DNA from: Ptychomitrium polyphyllum
Taxonomy: Eukaryota
NCBI GenBank assembly: GCA_973851085.1
Contig: OZ316776.1
Location: 14,942,001-15,006,000 of the forward strand
Direction: 5' to 3'
DNA length: 64,000 nt
The translations under genes were made by a program, and so were the position numbers. Positions 25,979 through 40,227 of the stretch are shown here, in pieces; positions within the stretch are counted from its first letter, which is position 1; every line of letters begins with the position of its first letter. The notes below the pieces were generated by a model, which saw only the letters and a list, made by a program, of their open reading frames with translations, did no database searches and had not been told where the DNA came from.

Positions 25979-28964
25979 CTACTTTCCCTTGATGACATTC
26001 TTTGCTAAACCTTTCACCATCCCGGTCTTGGAGACACTGGACGCTCCATCCTTTGGGTTGAATGCCTTTCGTAGCTTCGAAACTGTCCAGGCTGTTGCAA
26101 CAACGTGCCCTGCTGTAGCAAATGTATGCTGTGTTACTTGAGCTGCTGCCTCTCCATACCTGTGCAAGTAACAAAGCAACACATATAAGATATAAACCCT
26201 TGCTGTAAACGTCCATGTCAAGATTGAACTACTCTTTATAGGTAACAGGATAAACAAAGCATGAGTTCAAAATGGGAACATGATTTTTACATGTACTTTT
26301 TTTTAAAGCGAGAATTTGGAGTGTCGGATGGAATTGAAGAAGTCCTCCAATTGAAGTGGATATAAAGAAGGGAGATAGAGAAAGAGGAGGCACATCATAC
26401 TTGTGTTCGACTACGTTTTGCGTCATTAAAGAGGTAGACTGTAGCACATCTGTAGTTGCCTTCTCCACGGCATCGAACAACTTGCCTGCAAGAAATTCGA
26501 ACAACACCCATTCTCTTGTCTGAGACGAGATGTATTGCGAAACCCAAAAGTGTGTCATTCAACATCCTGCCATGAGGAATTACCAAAAAGGCTGACAAGC
26601 ACATAGAAGCTCACCAAACGCATCAAGCGAAACCAGAGCCACCTCTCCAGGCATCAACTTGAAAATCTTCTTTCCAGCTCTTGACTTGATAACCGATCCC
26701 GAAAAGAATCCTGCTGTCTTTACTACTCCAAGCAGCACACTCTTGGCAACATTCTCAGTTGCTCGCGACATATTTCGTACCCTGAGTACACCACATGCAC
26801 ACATACGAATGAGTCATTCAGTGGGTAAAGAGTTTGAACACACATGTCAGTTGCCTTTCCATGTCTTGCAGCAATTTAAGAAAAATGAAAAACCAGAAAA
26901 TTAAAAAAACCATAGATAGAACGATCGCCACATAACCGACAGTTTTGTTTATAATGAATACCAACTATTTTAGACATAAACAAACTAAGACCGCCTTCTT
27001 GTATACGGCCAATAACATTAGATAGAATTTCCAAGACCACAAAGGTGCAACTTAGCACCAATCGTATTAAAGAAAATTTCTTGAAATTTTAGCTATAATA
27101 TCTCACACGCGAAGGCTCACACTCATTGGCTTCATTTGCTTGAACATGATTCACTTGCTCATTCAAACACAGCTAAAGTGGACGCAAAAGAGAATCTGGG
27201 ATGCTAATCCTGCAATTTCACCAGGGATGTATACTGGAGTCACCATAGTTGAATAACGAGATTACCGTTTCAAGTTTTTGAGAGTCATTGGGCTGATATT
27301 GCTCGGCTTGTCCCCAGGATTCATCTTGCTCTTCAGGTAGATTGTACCGCTCTCCAGCTGTGTAACAGTCGAATCCCGGACCCAGAAAATCCCACGAATA
27401 ATGTGGCCTGACCCTTGAGCAATAGCCTTAGCAGCACTAGAACCATAGTCATCAACGTTGGGGGCCATAGTCGTCCAGAACGCAGCCTGATTCTCCTCCG
27501 TAGCAACGACCTACTCATAATCCCAAAATGTCATTCCCAACCATTCTGTTTTGGGATAAAAATCACAAAGATGAAAATTGACACCTACTTCTGTCCTTGA
27601 CCTTGTTGAAACTCAAACTGGCTCAATTCATATTGCATGAGATTGGCATCTCTTACCTGCTTGCCATCACTTGATGAGAGTACTTCCGTGGGAACCACTT
27701 TGCCACCATGCTTGTTATCCAGATTCCCAGGAGAAACGATTTCTTGGTCTAAAGTAATAATTCCTTTCTCCTTCTCATTCAGTGACAGTTCTTTGGTTTT
27801 CTGAGTAAATTCCTCTTTTTGTTGATCTCCTTGAATAAGGGTTGGGGTTGAAAAGGAACTGTACAAAGCTAACAAATCGTCCAGTTCCTGTAATTCTTTC
27901 TCATGTTTCTTCGCGTCTGGAAACGTCACTCCATAATTCAACGTTACTAAGTCGTTTTTCCCGCTCTGACCCTGCTAACCAGAAATAATAAAACGACAGC
28001 CGCCCTCTCATCAGAACCAAGGGCCCACGGCGACTTAACACTGACACATACCATTCCAGGTATTATTGTAAGATTTTGTGAGTAGAAGATACTATCTTAG
28101 GAAAAGTCAAAACTAAGGACAAAAGTTTCTCTTATGCAATGCCGAATAAACCTACATTCAGAATGAAAGTTGCAACTTTGTGACGAAGCAGGCATGTAAT
28201 CACATGATAGATACCTCAAAATTGCCGCTGCCAGTAGATTCATCGAGAAAAGACGGAACAGGGAGAGAGAAGAAGTAATGAGTGGAGTCGAGCTTGACAG
28301 TAGGCTCATCTTTCATCAAAGGCCAATGCAAATTCTCTCCCACACGCACAAGCACAACAATGCCGTTGCCCTTTTGTGCAATCCTGACGATGGAAAGGTG
28401 CCCAGTTGCCAGATGAGGGCTCTGCTGCTCATCAACAAGATGCACAATGGTATCTGGAATCGTCACCAAGCATTCTTCTCTAGGATCAAGCGGGGCACCA
28501 TCGTCCATCTCTTTTTCCACGTCTTCTTTCTTTCCCGCATTCTCTTCCACCTTTCTCCACATTTCTGCAAGCTCCTCTTCTGACTTCCCTTCATATATCT
28601 TAGGGTACAAGCCTGAAGATTGCTTTGCATCACTACTGCCTTGGTTTCCACGCTGACTGCTCTCTGAAGTGTACTGCTGAATTTGGGGATACATGCTCGT
28701 ATTGCTTTCGTTCACAGGAGAACTCATGGTCACTGACCCGGGTAGCTCAGAGGATGGTTGAGCTAGAGGAGCGGAGGACTGAGACAGTCCAATCTCAGGT
28801 TTAGGCACATCCTCTTTCTCTTCAACTGGGGGCTGGTAAACCTCTGGGGAAGCTTTCTCCCCTTTGTGCTGGGCCGTGCTGCCCATCCATTTGTCTGAGC
28901 CGATGATAAATGGTGTGGAATTACCCCCACCGCCTCCTGGCAGGTACTTCTTAATCCACGACAT
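25979..28964 (-). CDS. Senescence/dehydration-associated ERD7-like (spartin senescence-domain) protein
   Basis: Exons 28964-28215, 27971-27657, 27510-27266, 26781-26615, 26485-26401, 26159-25979 are phase-compatible. Motifs include IVHLVDEQQSPHLATGHLSIV, WPLMKDEPTVKLDSTHYFF, AFWTTMAPNVDDY, PGEVALVSLDAFGKLFDAVE and VEHKYGEAA. Confidence 0.9.
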
Positions 28965-30020
28965 CTTTTCTGCTCTCGTCTAATGCCTTCCTCACTCTGC
29001 AAAAATGATCATACAAACCCAATTTTAGAAGGTTATAAGCCTTGCCTTTAAAAAACCGAACACGCCGCTAAGGACAAACTTGTTGAAATATTACGATACA
29101 ACTTGGCTCTGTCTGCAGGCACTAATCAAAGTATTTCAGGTGAGTTACTGTAAACGGAACAGGCCATAAATGAGATCTAAACCCCAAATAGTTAGATCTT
29201 TGCAACCCTTACCTACAAAGTTTTCAGAGCCTAGTTTAAATCATCAAACTTCACACTCAATGAATTCCTTCTAAAATGAAACCTCAACAAAATCACGATT
29301 AAGGTAGCATAATCGACTTTTCTATTAAACAGATTCAACTCAACGGAATGTCAACTAGGTGGGCAAGACAGTTGTACATGATGAATACCTAATTTCCACT
29401 TCTGAAATTGTTTCAAAGGACCTAGACTAGGAGAGCTACGTCTGTAATCCCATCCAAACGCATCCAGTGCCAGCAATCAACAACCTTGATTACAAAACAA
29501 AAAATCACAAATACCATGCCACCATAACCTGTCCAATCCTCTTATTACTTTCCAACCCAACGCACCGCCAGGCATGATCCTCTCTGTACTACCACGTAAC
29601 TGCCACAAACTAAACATAACCACAAGCCCACAACAGCGTATTCATAAGAGAAACGGAGAGTGGGTAATCCAAGAGAATCAGACATCATTCTCCATCCAGT
29701 AAGAAACGATGTCTCCTAGCCGAACCAACCCAATGCAGTGCGTGAGTGATTCACCGTCACAGCACCGAAATCCCACCACCCAAGACAGCTGGATTCCAAC
29801 CAATCTTCAGAAAACCAAAACATCCTCTTCAAAATCTAAACGCAAAGATAATCTCCACACAACCGACAACCACAAACCAAACTCAAATCCACACGACACT
29901 ATAAAACCCGGTCAGAACCACGCTGCAGGACCACCAACGCACTCGATACCACCAAACTGCGCTCCAACTCTTCACCACAAAAACCCTTGGGACAACTCTC
30001 GGAGCATATGTAGGTAAGGC

Positions 30021-30093
30021 TATCCCTTACGGAATTTGAACCCGTGTTCTCGCCATGAAAAGAAGATGTCCTATACCCCTAGACGAAAGGGAC
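30021..30093 (-). tRNA. trnE: Mitochondrial-type tRNA-Glu(UUC) copy, probably a pseudogene (NUMT)
   Basis: Reverse complement GTCCCTTTCGTCTAGGGGTATAGGACATCTTCTTTTCATGGCGAGAACACGGGTTCAAATTCCGTAAGGGATA is a full-length 73-nt cloverleaf with TTC anticodon. It resembles plant mitochondrial trnE and has a T-C mismatch in the anticodon stem. Confidence 0.8.
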
Positions 30094-30511
30094 AAAATGA
30101 TTTCAAAGAAACAAGGTCAGCAAGAGCTGCGCTGCAATAAAAATGCAATAGAAAAAAGTGGCACATGAAGATCCCAAGTGACTGACCAAAACACCAAAGT
30201 CCTCAGCTTTGCACCTCTTCTAGATCCAAGTCCCAAACTCCACCAAATAATATGATCTCACCGCAACCCGAACGACCTTGTAAGCTGCGACATGTACTAT
30301 CCGTTCCTATTACAATGTGCTACAAGTCGATCCTTGGTAGCTGTCTGCGGATGTTCCCGGTCCAGATGAGACCGAAGTTGAACACATCCGGCCGACACCA
30401 CCCTGCAAACTTGCATCGTGGAGTGTCTTTGACTTCACCGCACTGCGCACAAAATTCTGTGTTCCGAATGCCGCCGCCATCATCTCCCTGCAGCGTATAA
30501 ATCACTTCATT

Positions 30512-30840
30512 CTTTTTATACGGGCGTAGGTACAGTCTGTTTACGATACGGGGTACATGTTTTCGACCGAATCTACAAAAACTTTAGACTTAAGGAGGTG
30601 AAATGTAGACAACGTATAGATGGTGGCGGTTGGGTACAGCGACGGTATTTGGTATATTTCCATCATTGGGTGGTATTTTTTCGCGTGGGAGGAGAGGCTT
30701 CTTGGGGCTGACACGTGTACTGTTTTCGGTTGTTCGATTGGGAAGGGGATCGGGGCTGAGATGCTTCGTTTGGAGGACGCACCGTCCAGATGAGCGACAC
30801 GTTGTTGGGTTGGCTCCTGACTAGGTTATCCGACGTGGCA
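30512..30840 (-). promoter_or_regulatory. Putative ERD7-like promoter: TATA plus ABRE/G-box/DRE cluster
   Basis: TATAAAAAG on the minus strand at 30520-30512; ACACGTGT at 30711-30718; ACACGTT at 30797; CCGACGTGGC at 30830-30839 (overlapping DRE core and ABRE). Confidence 0.5.
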
Positions 30841-32499
30841 GTGCCAGCGGTTGCCAGGTGGGAGACGGTCGATGCGAGGGTGGCGAACTCCATTTGAAAG
30901 GGGCTCAACGTATGTCAGGAAACTTGAAATGAGAGGTTTTCATGAGGAAATTATATGGGATAAGTTAACACTTAAGTGTTTATTTTATATTTCATTAGAT
31001 TTCAAATAAATTATTAGAAATTTTAGGAGAGGAACCATGTTGAATATAAATAAAAAGAATAAAGTTTATTTTATAATATTAAATGATTTACTATTTTTAA
31101 TTATGATAGTATATTTATACTAATTCTATGATACAAAAAGGTAACAAAATGCCATTACATTAGTTCTTAAGATGGAAATTTCCAAAAGATATATTAAATG
31201 GTATGGACTTATATCAATGCATATGTAGTTCATTTCTTGTTATGCCATATATGTGGTGTATTATGGTATTAATGGAATGTGTGGTTTTGGCTTTAATTAA
31301 TGAATGCTCAATAGTATGCATGAAGACCGTTAAATTATGTAGAATTTGCAATTAATATGTTACAATAGAATTTCTATATAGCTGCATATATTCTACTATC
31401 CATTTTAAAATCCATATTATATTTATTCAAAATCTATCTCTATATTTATGTTTTTAAAATTCTATATTATTTTTTGTATTAATAATTAATATTATTCACA
31501 AAGAAAAATATATATATATATTTAATGAATTCCATATATAATTTCTATATAAAAATACATTAAGTGGTAGGAATCATCCATAAATAAAGTTTTATGCCAA
31601 TTGAAATGACCTTAAAAGAAGTTGGTAGGTTGATTAAAGATTAAAGCTCAAAGAAACAAAATAGCCTTTATGATGGAGATGATTTTGATTATGTTTAAAG
31701 AATTTTTGCAATAAAATTGGTTAAACTTTTCAAATTCTTTTATAAAGCTTTGTATCCTTGTTTAGAAAGAAGAAATTTAAAGATAGATGTAAAAATGGAT
31801 AGATTGCTTATTTAGCAATAATTATTACAAAATAATTTATTTTAATTAATTATTTTAGAAGTGCTTTTGGAATGGTAATGCAAAAATTAGGCCACAACAA
31901 AAGACTTCTTTGATCATGATCATTTTAATGTCTTTCCATTTTTTCTTATAAATTGTTCTTTGCCTAGAATATTCATATTTTAAATTGAATTTTTTTGCTT
32001 ACTTAAGCCTCTTCTTAAATGAAGCTTGCTTATCTCATAGTTTAACTAAGAAGCTTCATTTTCAAAGAACAAACAAAGCTCAAAAGAATTGCATACTTGA
32101 ACAGAGAATATCATCATAATGAATTTATAATAAGCCATTTATAACCTTCTAATATATATATATATTAAAAGAAAAAAAAAACAATATAATAGATGTGATA
32201 GAATAAAATTGAAAATAAAATTGCAATATTTGAATACCAAGTTTGAATAAATAAAACACCAACATCCTATTTGGCATCCATAAATCATTCAAAAAAAATA
32301 AATTCACATGATTAGAAGATCTAATTTTCTTATACTTTGAAAAATAGATGAGTTGATATTGTAGCCTTAATTAAGAAACAACTTTCAAGGTAATATTAAA
32401 GAATGCACCAAATTGTAAATTGGACTAAATAAACTAATCAAAAAATTATTAGTGGATAAAAAGGCAAGCAATTGAAGAATTATGAATGCCCAAGTCTTA

Positions 32500-35050
32500 T
32501 CTTATCAATAATGAATGCATTATGTTACAATGGAAACCAATAGTTTTGTACCAATATGAAGCTGCCACTTTATTATTAATAATAATTTATGGCTTGACAT
32601 TAGTCTTTGTATTCCAATTGTTCTTTATTTAATCTATAATAAAGGAACAAAAACATTAAAAATTTGACATCTAATCTATTAAGCAATATGATGTTAACTT
32701 ATAGCTAAATATACATTTATATTAAAATTGTTGGAATTGAAGTCTATTACGACCATAGTGATCATTACAATAAATTAGCATATTTTTAGAACATCTATAG
32801 AATCTCCAAGGATATTCAATAATATTTGAATATATTTTAAAATATTCAAGGTTGTTTGAAAAACATGAGTCATATTTGTCATGTACCTTGTCACATCCGT
32901 CACATCCAACCATTATACAATGATTTTGTTTTTTATTATTGAATTTGTCATATTTGACAATGTTAATATGTTGTTGTAGCATCATATATACAGATAAGAA
33001 TTTGCAAGCTTGAACACCTTTATTACAAAGTTTCAATTTAATTAAAATCATATTAATTACCATGCTAGATAATGAATTTATTAATAATAAAGTCAAAATG
33101 CAAATAACCACCTCAATAACTAGCATGAGCAATTGTTGACATTCTACCACAAATTCTACAACGCACTTGATTCATAGATGGAAGAGGAACCATTTCTTGC
33201 TCTTGCCATCAATTATACAATTTATATGAAGATTTGCTTTACCTTTTTTTAATAAAAGTTGTGCATGAATTGACAATAGAAGCATCAACTTCTTGTCTTT
33301 GCAAACCATATAACAATGGAATCAGACTCATACATTTATCAATCTTGCAAACCTTACTTGTATTTACAATTTTTGATTCTATTAGGAAACTTTTTTGGAA
33401 GTATTTATTATCTGATGGCACTTTATTGATTTGCATAGATACATCTTTACTAAAGATTAAAGAGAATTATAAAGGTGAAAAACTTAGTCCATTCTTACCA
33501 TGTGACTTTTATTTCTTAAGCTTGATATAAAACTATTGACTACTTGTTTGCTTTACACATTTTTTTATTTTATTTAAGGAATCATTTTTATAGGGTTTCC
33601 ATCCTACACCACTTCAAATATCAAATATTCAAATATATACAAAAGATGAAATTACAAGAACACATATTTTCATACCAAACCATGTAGATTTTTTCTATAT
33701 AAATTATTACATTTAATAGTGTATTTTTTCATTCCATACAACTTTTTCATCAACTATAATTTGTTAATGGAAGTTTCACATATTTTACTTAATTCATTTA
33801 AAAACCATCATACTTTATCTAGTTTGTTGTATTGGAATGGATCCTTATAAATACCATTGGTGCTACAAATATAAAAGAACTTAGTTATTGCATAGAATAT
33901 GTTTCAAGGTAGCTATTAATTTATGATAAGTTAGTACAAAAGCAATTCACTATATTAATACAAGCACAAAGCAAGTAAGCTCTTCATTGTAATATACAAG
34001 CAAATTGACAAGTATGTTCTACGTTTAAATAAAGTTTGAGGATATTGAGACTAATCACCAAAAATATTTCTTTATTAATCTATGACCTTTTATAATTAAT
34101 TATTTTTTTCACATTTTTTTGCTATTATTTTTAATTAAAAATTTTATGAAAAGATTTTTTAAAGTCTAAGGAAGTAAGCAAAATACCATATATAACACTA
34201 GGCTTGGAATCCAAAATTAAAATATATCCAAGATGGAAAATATTGCAATTTAATGTAGTTGTCTTTTAATAGTTGATACATTGTGATATAAAGGCATTTT
34301 ATCAATCTCATTGATACTATGACCTTGCTCTAGGAAAAATGTACCAACACTCATTCTACAATCCTTACATTACTTCATAGACTATAATCCATGTCTGAAT
34401 TAAATTATTCCATATTCAACATTATCATTGATTATTTTGATCTTATTTCTTTATTTATTCCTATCTACAAGCTTCTTAACAACTACATGGTCTTCATTTC
34501 TTGTTAAACTCCTCCTAAGCACATTATTTGTATTGAATATGGTCTTTCTACTCATTTATATCCCTTACTTAGACATCTATAATTCCATTGGGCTTTGATT
34601 TGGCCATTATTCAAATGTAACATCCCATTATTGCTATAGAATGTCTTCATTGCCTTCTAAGCTATAAGAGTCTCTATTATTGGAAGCAAAGTTATATTAT
34701 AATGAGTTCACGCATTGAAATTCATTGTTATTGCCAAATCAATTGAATTGTTATTTATGCTTATATGGTGTTGTCTGAAGCCTAAAACTATAGAATGAAG
34801 AATATTCTGTTTCACTAATCCACAAGGTACATGTAATATCTACCATCTTGAAAACATATACATAAGGTTGTTCCATTAAATCACCTAAATCATTGTCATT
34901 TGGATTAGATAATGATTTATGTATTTTTACAATCATTTTTTAATTTTCTTGTAAGGTTGATGGATAAAAAAATTATGCATAGCTACAATATGATATGAAG
35001 TATTGGTGACATTTTGAAGGACCTTGCAAGGTAAAAGAAAAGGGATTTAA
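32500..35050 (-). mobile_element. Highly decayed AT-rich coding relic, possibly transposon-derived
   Basis: Broken minus-strand frames, including WQEQEMVPLPSMNQVRCRICGRMSTIAHAS (CxxC...H), in CpG-depleted DNA. No termini identified. Confidence 0.25.
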
Positions 35051-36934
35051 AAGACTATAATTACATATTGGCGTAAAATTGATCTTCTACTATGTCATTG
35101 GTGTATAGGCACCTTTTGTTTTAATCTAACATTAAATTCATTATTACTTTTTGAACATATTTTTGTCTGTAGAAGTTGTGCTTTAGATTGTGTGCAATAG
35201 CTAGAATAATCAACAATGCCATCTATAAGTGGTCAATTCTATTTTAAGCTAAAATATTTCTTGAGCTTGGACTAATAGTTGTTGCCTTCACCACAACATT
35301 TCTACCTTCTATTTTTATACTTAAGATTCTTCCATCAATTAGCAAGAATTCAATGTTATACTTGCTTATTGTTCCAACTTGTCATTGTCACTTTACCAAT
35401 TGTATATGTTTTGCTACAAAATTTATGCACAGTGATTCACTTCTATATTTATAGTACTTTAACTTTTAGACACTTTTAAAAAAATAACAATATATTCTAA
35501 AACAAAAAACTATTGCTATAATTAAATACAACTTACATAAATTACAATTTTTTAAACTTTATTTGTAATGAAATAATATAAATGGAAAACATTGATGCCA
35601 ATTCGAACATTAGAAATTGAACTAATGCTTTTATACTAGAAGGAATTTTTAGCAAGAAATGACAAATGTATTTACTTTATACTTAGTCAAATATTGAAAG
35701 TCAATTGTAAACAATTAAAATTTTAATACCTTAAAATTATTAACTCAAAAGGTCATAAAATTATGATAATCTTGCAATATGATGATATTGAACTCCTATC
35801 ATAAAATTATGATAATCTTCATAATGATTATATTTTTTAGGAATTTTTTTGAAGAAGAAATCAAGAAATTAATGAAATATACTATAACTTTACTACCTAC
35901 TTTCATGAAGCTATATTTTCATATGAGATTAATGCATTGATTATTGAAAACGTTTCGTTCTGGTTTTCAATCTGATTCATTAACAGAGATCCAAAGTTAG
36001 AGCGTAGAGGTGGGCATATCTACCAGAGATCAATGCGGTTTAGAAGAAGTACGCACAACGTTGATTGACATGTCCCTCCAAAAGCAGTCACATTAGAAAC
36101 TTAGACTACGGGAATGAGAGATAATCTTGTGTTCAAAGAGTGGATGTTGCAACATGAATTTAATCCGAGCGAATGAGTCTTAAAAGAACATTTTGAAAAT
36201 TAAAAAAGTCTTCAGTATCAAGATAATGTAACATGCTAAGTCCCTGTCCTGATGCTGTATGAACAACAACAGTGATGTCTGCCATGGGCACTATCATACA
36301 GCATGTGATGGAAAGTCGCAGATGCAATGAAAACCGGCGTAGATAAAGCAGTTCCAGACGAAATGCCAACCGCATCGTAGCTTGTTCACCTGTGAAACAA
36401 AACCCCTCTACCACAGACACCAGTTTGACGTATGCACATCCTAAATTCAAGATTAGTCCCAACCCAAAATTCTAAATTTGTCACTTAGAAGTCTAGAAAT
36501 TAAAAGCAGCCAATAATTATGTGACTTTCTAACATTGACAGACCTAACGAGCTTTAAAAGGGAGCATAAGAAAAATCAGAGAAAAAGAGTCGTTGCGATC
36601 AAAAAGGGTAAAGGAATTGCACTTGAAAACTTTTCTAAGGGGTGCAGAGGAGTCTGGCAATGATAAGGTTGAGAAAGCTGGCTGATAGTTTGTTGCGGAG
36701 CAGTCCACAGCAGTCCTGTAAAATCGAACTACAGTTGCATACTTGCTATTCAGCTAAAGAACAAAAAGAAATAATTCTAAGACGTACTCTCTGCACTACC
36801 AGATGGTTCTTAAGTCAGACAAACTGATATTATGCTGGACTATCATGTAAAACGTTGTTCAGACACCTCTTACCAGCTCACAGGGACGCTGATGCAAACC
36901 GCAAGTCTGACTTGTGCACATGAGTGAAAACTAC

Positions 36935-39900
36935 CTAGGCCTTGACACCAGGTTTTGCAGTAGCTTCTCGATTCCTGGCTGCCACTTTGTCCGCAACCTC
37001 TTCGGCCGTCAAAGGAAGGTAATAAATATGGGGCTTCGATCGTGTTTTTCTGAAAAGATCGTCCAGGGTTGGAGTTCTCTCGACTTCTGCAGTCATTAAA
37101 AATCATAATAATAAGTTGTTGATGTTGCTTGTCAAGCAGACTGCATTAAATACATAACCAACTGGCTAATAGAGTACTCTCCCCAACTTCCTAAGATTTC
37201 TATACCGCAGTTGACACTCATCCTCACTAAAAATCCAACACATCCAATTGCAGAAGACATAGTCAGCAACACTAAGCATCGACTGAACCATCAGCGAGCA
37301 TTGAGGTCAGCAAGGTATTAGCGATCATGTCTGAACAGAATATTCAAAGAGTTCATGAGGAATTTGTAATCTTTGCTTACCTTGTTTGGACCTATCCCTG
37401 GGAGGAAATGGGAGGGGTGGTGGGGGAGGAAGCGTAGCTGCAGCAGAAGGTGAGGGCTGGCTAGATGAGGGAACTACGCTTCCATCTTTAGGTGCCTTTA
37501 AGTTAGCTGAATTGGCTCCTCGCGGAGTAATAGCATTCGTGGAAGGAGCTGCTGTCGCTGTGGGAACTGCAGCTGCAACTGCTTTCTCACCATCACTTCT
37601 AAGTTTCACCTCTGATGGGTCCACAAATTCGGCTGTTAACAACCGTCCCCCCTGTGGGGGCCACTGGAGATTGAACAGGGCATTGCGTGTTGCTGTGGCC
37701 TCCTCGACGGATGAATACTGGACAGACACAGATACATCTCATTAATATTGAGAATATTTCCTCTAAAGCTGACAGTGGTGTTGACAGCTGATAGCTGACA
37801 CCTGACTAAGAAAATCCACACGAGAAACTAGAATCTAGGTCAGCACAGAAGGATACAACCTTGACCATGTTGGAGTCCTAATACAATCACCTGTAATCGC
37901 TAAGCCAATCAACAATCCTAGCTCACCGTTACATAGCAGTGGGTCTTGATCTGATCCATCCACACGTCTTGAACTGTGCCAGTCTGTGCAAGAAGTTCCT
38001 TGACAGCTTTGAAAGTGAAGGGACGTAAGAACTTATCAATCTTCAAAGATGTTGTAGGAGGCTTTGCACTAGGTGGTACTGCAATGCATCAGCAGGTAAA
38101 GACACAAATGCAATCAGGACATTACGATATAAACTATTCACACGCTCACCAAATTTGCAGAAGAACCATGTCACAAATATTCCGTGACAACGAATATCAT
38201 CCAATTTATGCATAGATGCAAACTGCAAACTAAACCTGCTCCGAGCGCACAAACTGAAGGTAGCTTACCAACACGTGTTTTCTGACTTTCTCCATTCACT
38301 GTAGCTTCCACTCTCGTCGGAGCAGTTCTAGTAACAGCCACCTTCTCTGGAGGAGCGCTCTTCGGAGTCTGAACTTTAGCAGATGGAGGCGCAACAGAAG
38401 AAGGCACTGGTTCTTGCAACTCGAGAGGTTGAGCATCCTTTCCTAGGCCTTTGGAGTCCCCCTCACCCTTTACAGAATTCCACCGGCGTCGCTTTGAGGG
38501 CTCCAAGGTTATAAGCTCCCCATCTACTATTTAAGGGAAAAAACCAAAGCACAATAAAAAAAAACGATCAAAACGTTGCAGAAGGTACAGATATCCCACA
38601 TACACATGGCTTAAGAAGCTGACAAAAATCAAGTGTACAAAGCATCCGTCCACCATCCCAAGATTCAACAAGTTAAGACAAGATCAATATTTTCATAATC
38701 CTCCTACCACAAACGGCAATCCTAATGAGAAACACAGGACACTGATACTAATAACCGTGAACATAAATATCTCGGGTAATATACTAGACATACACAATAC
38801 TTTCGATCACGCGGTGCTCATAAGACAATGACCCGAAAGGGAAGAGATGTGGGAGAATGTTGAAAAGGGAAAGCGTCGAGCAAGAAAGAAAACCAACCTG
38901 CGTCTTTTCTTTTAGATCCTTTCTGGGTATCTGCATCAACATCCATCGGCGTCTCTTCTATCAATTTTTCCACGTTCGACTCTTTCTCCCTACCTGCATC
39001 AACAACCATCGGCAGTTCATCTTTTGGTGCTTCCAGAATAGTCTCTTTCCCAGTGCCTGCATCAACATCCATCAGCGTCTCATCTTTTGGTATTTCCGCA
39101 ACTGAATCTTCGTTAGCCACTTTAGTGGCATCCTCCTTAGATGCCTCTCCCATAGCATAGTCACTTTTGCCTTCCAACAATCTGACAGCCTCTGTGTCAA
39201 GTTCTAGGCCTTCGCCATCAGCAACCCCGGTGACTGTTTTCTCCACAGTAGCAACCGTGGTGGTCGTGTCTTCGGTCGTCACAACCTCGTTGGCTGACTC
39301 CTCCATGGTCTCAACCCTGGTGGTCGTCATGACAACTTGTTCCTCCTGTACAGTCACGATATTTTGATCCTCAGACACAACTGAGATAACCTGCTCCTCT
39401 ACGGTAGTCGTCACGGTCTTTTCGACTGTCGTGGTGATGACCTCTTCCGTCCCACCCATGACCTCATCCACACCTTTTTCTACAGTCGGCACTATATCTG
39501 TGGGCTTTTCAGACAACATTTCTCCTACGGTCCCAGTTTCTTGTTCTCCTGCTTGTTCAACTTGAGGCTCCTCCGGCAGAGCCTTGTTAAAGTTTGGATC
39601 CTCCAAACGCTCTAAATCTGCAACCAGGTCTTCAAGAGCAGGTGGTGCAGTGGTGGGTTTTTCGTTGTCTACAGCATCCACAGATAAATCTCCCCCGGCA
39701 GGTACTGATAAAACAATAGTTGAAGGCAAGGGCTCCCCCTCCAAAGGGATAGCAGCTGTTTCGCCAGCCCCGTCTGTAGCATTTAAACGCGAAGCCTCTG
39801 AACCCCCAGGTAACGATTCAGCAACGCTCTGGGATACAATGTCCCCTCCCTTTGGAACAGGCACAGCACCTGTCACTTCCATCCCCGCAGAAGCAACCAC

Positions 39901-40227
39901 CACGTTCTCAGGTTCAGAGACCACAACATCCTTCGCCTCCTCTCTGGCATGGTGATCATGGCCTTTAGAGCGTCGCTTAGTAACTGGAGTCACAGGGTCA
40001 GGTTGATTTATGGGCGCAGGAGCAGCAGCAGCAGCAGCATCTACAACGCCCGCTAGCGCCTTCTGTTGCTCCAATTCTTCCTGCCTAAGGACATCTTCAA
40101 GACGATCCACCAGATCCTTCTTCAACCCCTTGATTTGTATCCCCCGCTTTCGCAGCTCCTCCCTCAATTCCGCAACCTTCAGCTGCTCCGGTGTTCGATT
40201 GCCCAAAGCCGCCAACGGCGTCGACAT
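36935..40227 (-). CDS. ACINUS: ACINUS-like SAP-RRM-RSB protein (ASAP/EJC-associated splicing factor)
   Basis: Exons 40227-38898, 38526(or 38523)-38269, 38078-37927, 37717-37381, 37086-36935. SAP: LKVAELREELRKRGIQIKGLKKDLVDRL. RRM: SLKIDKFLRPFTFKAVKELL...WMDQIKTHCYVTYSSVEEA...NLQWPPQGGRLLTAEF. RSB: TLDDLFRKTRSKPHIYYLPLT. Confidence 0.93.
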
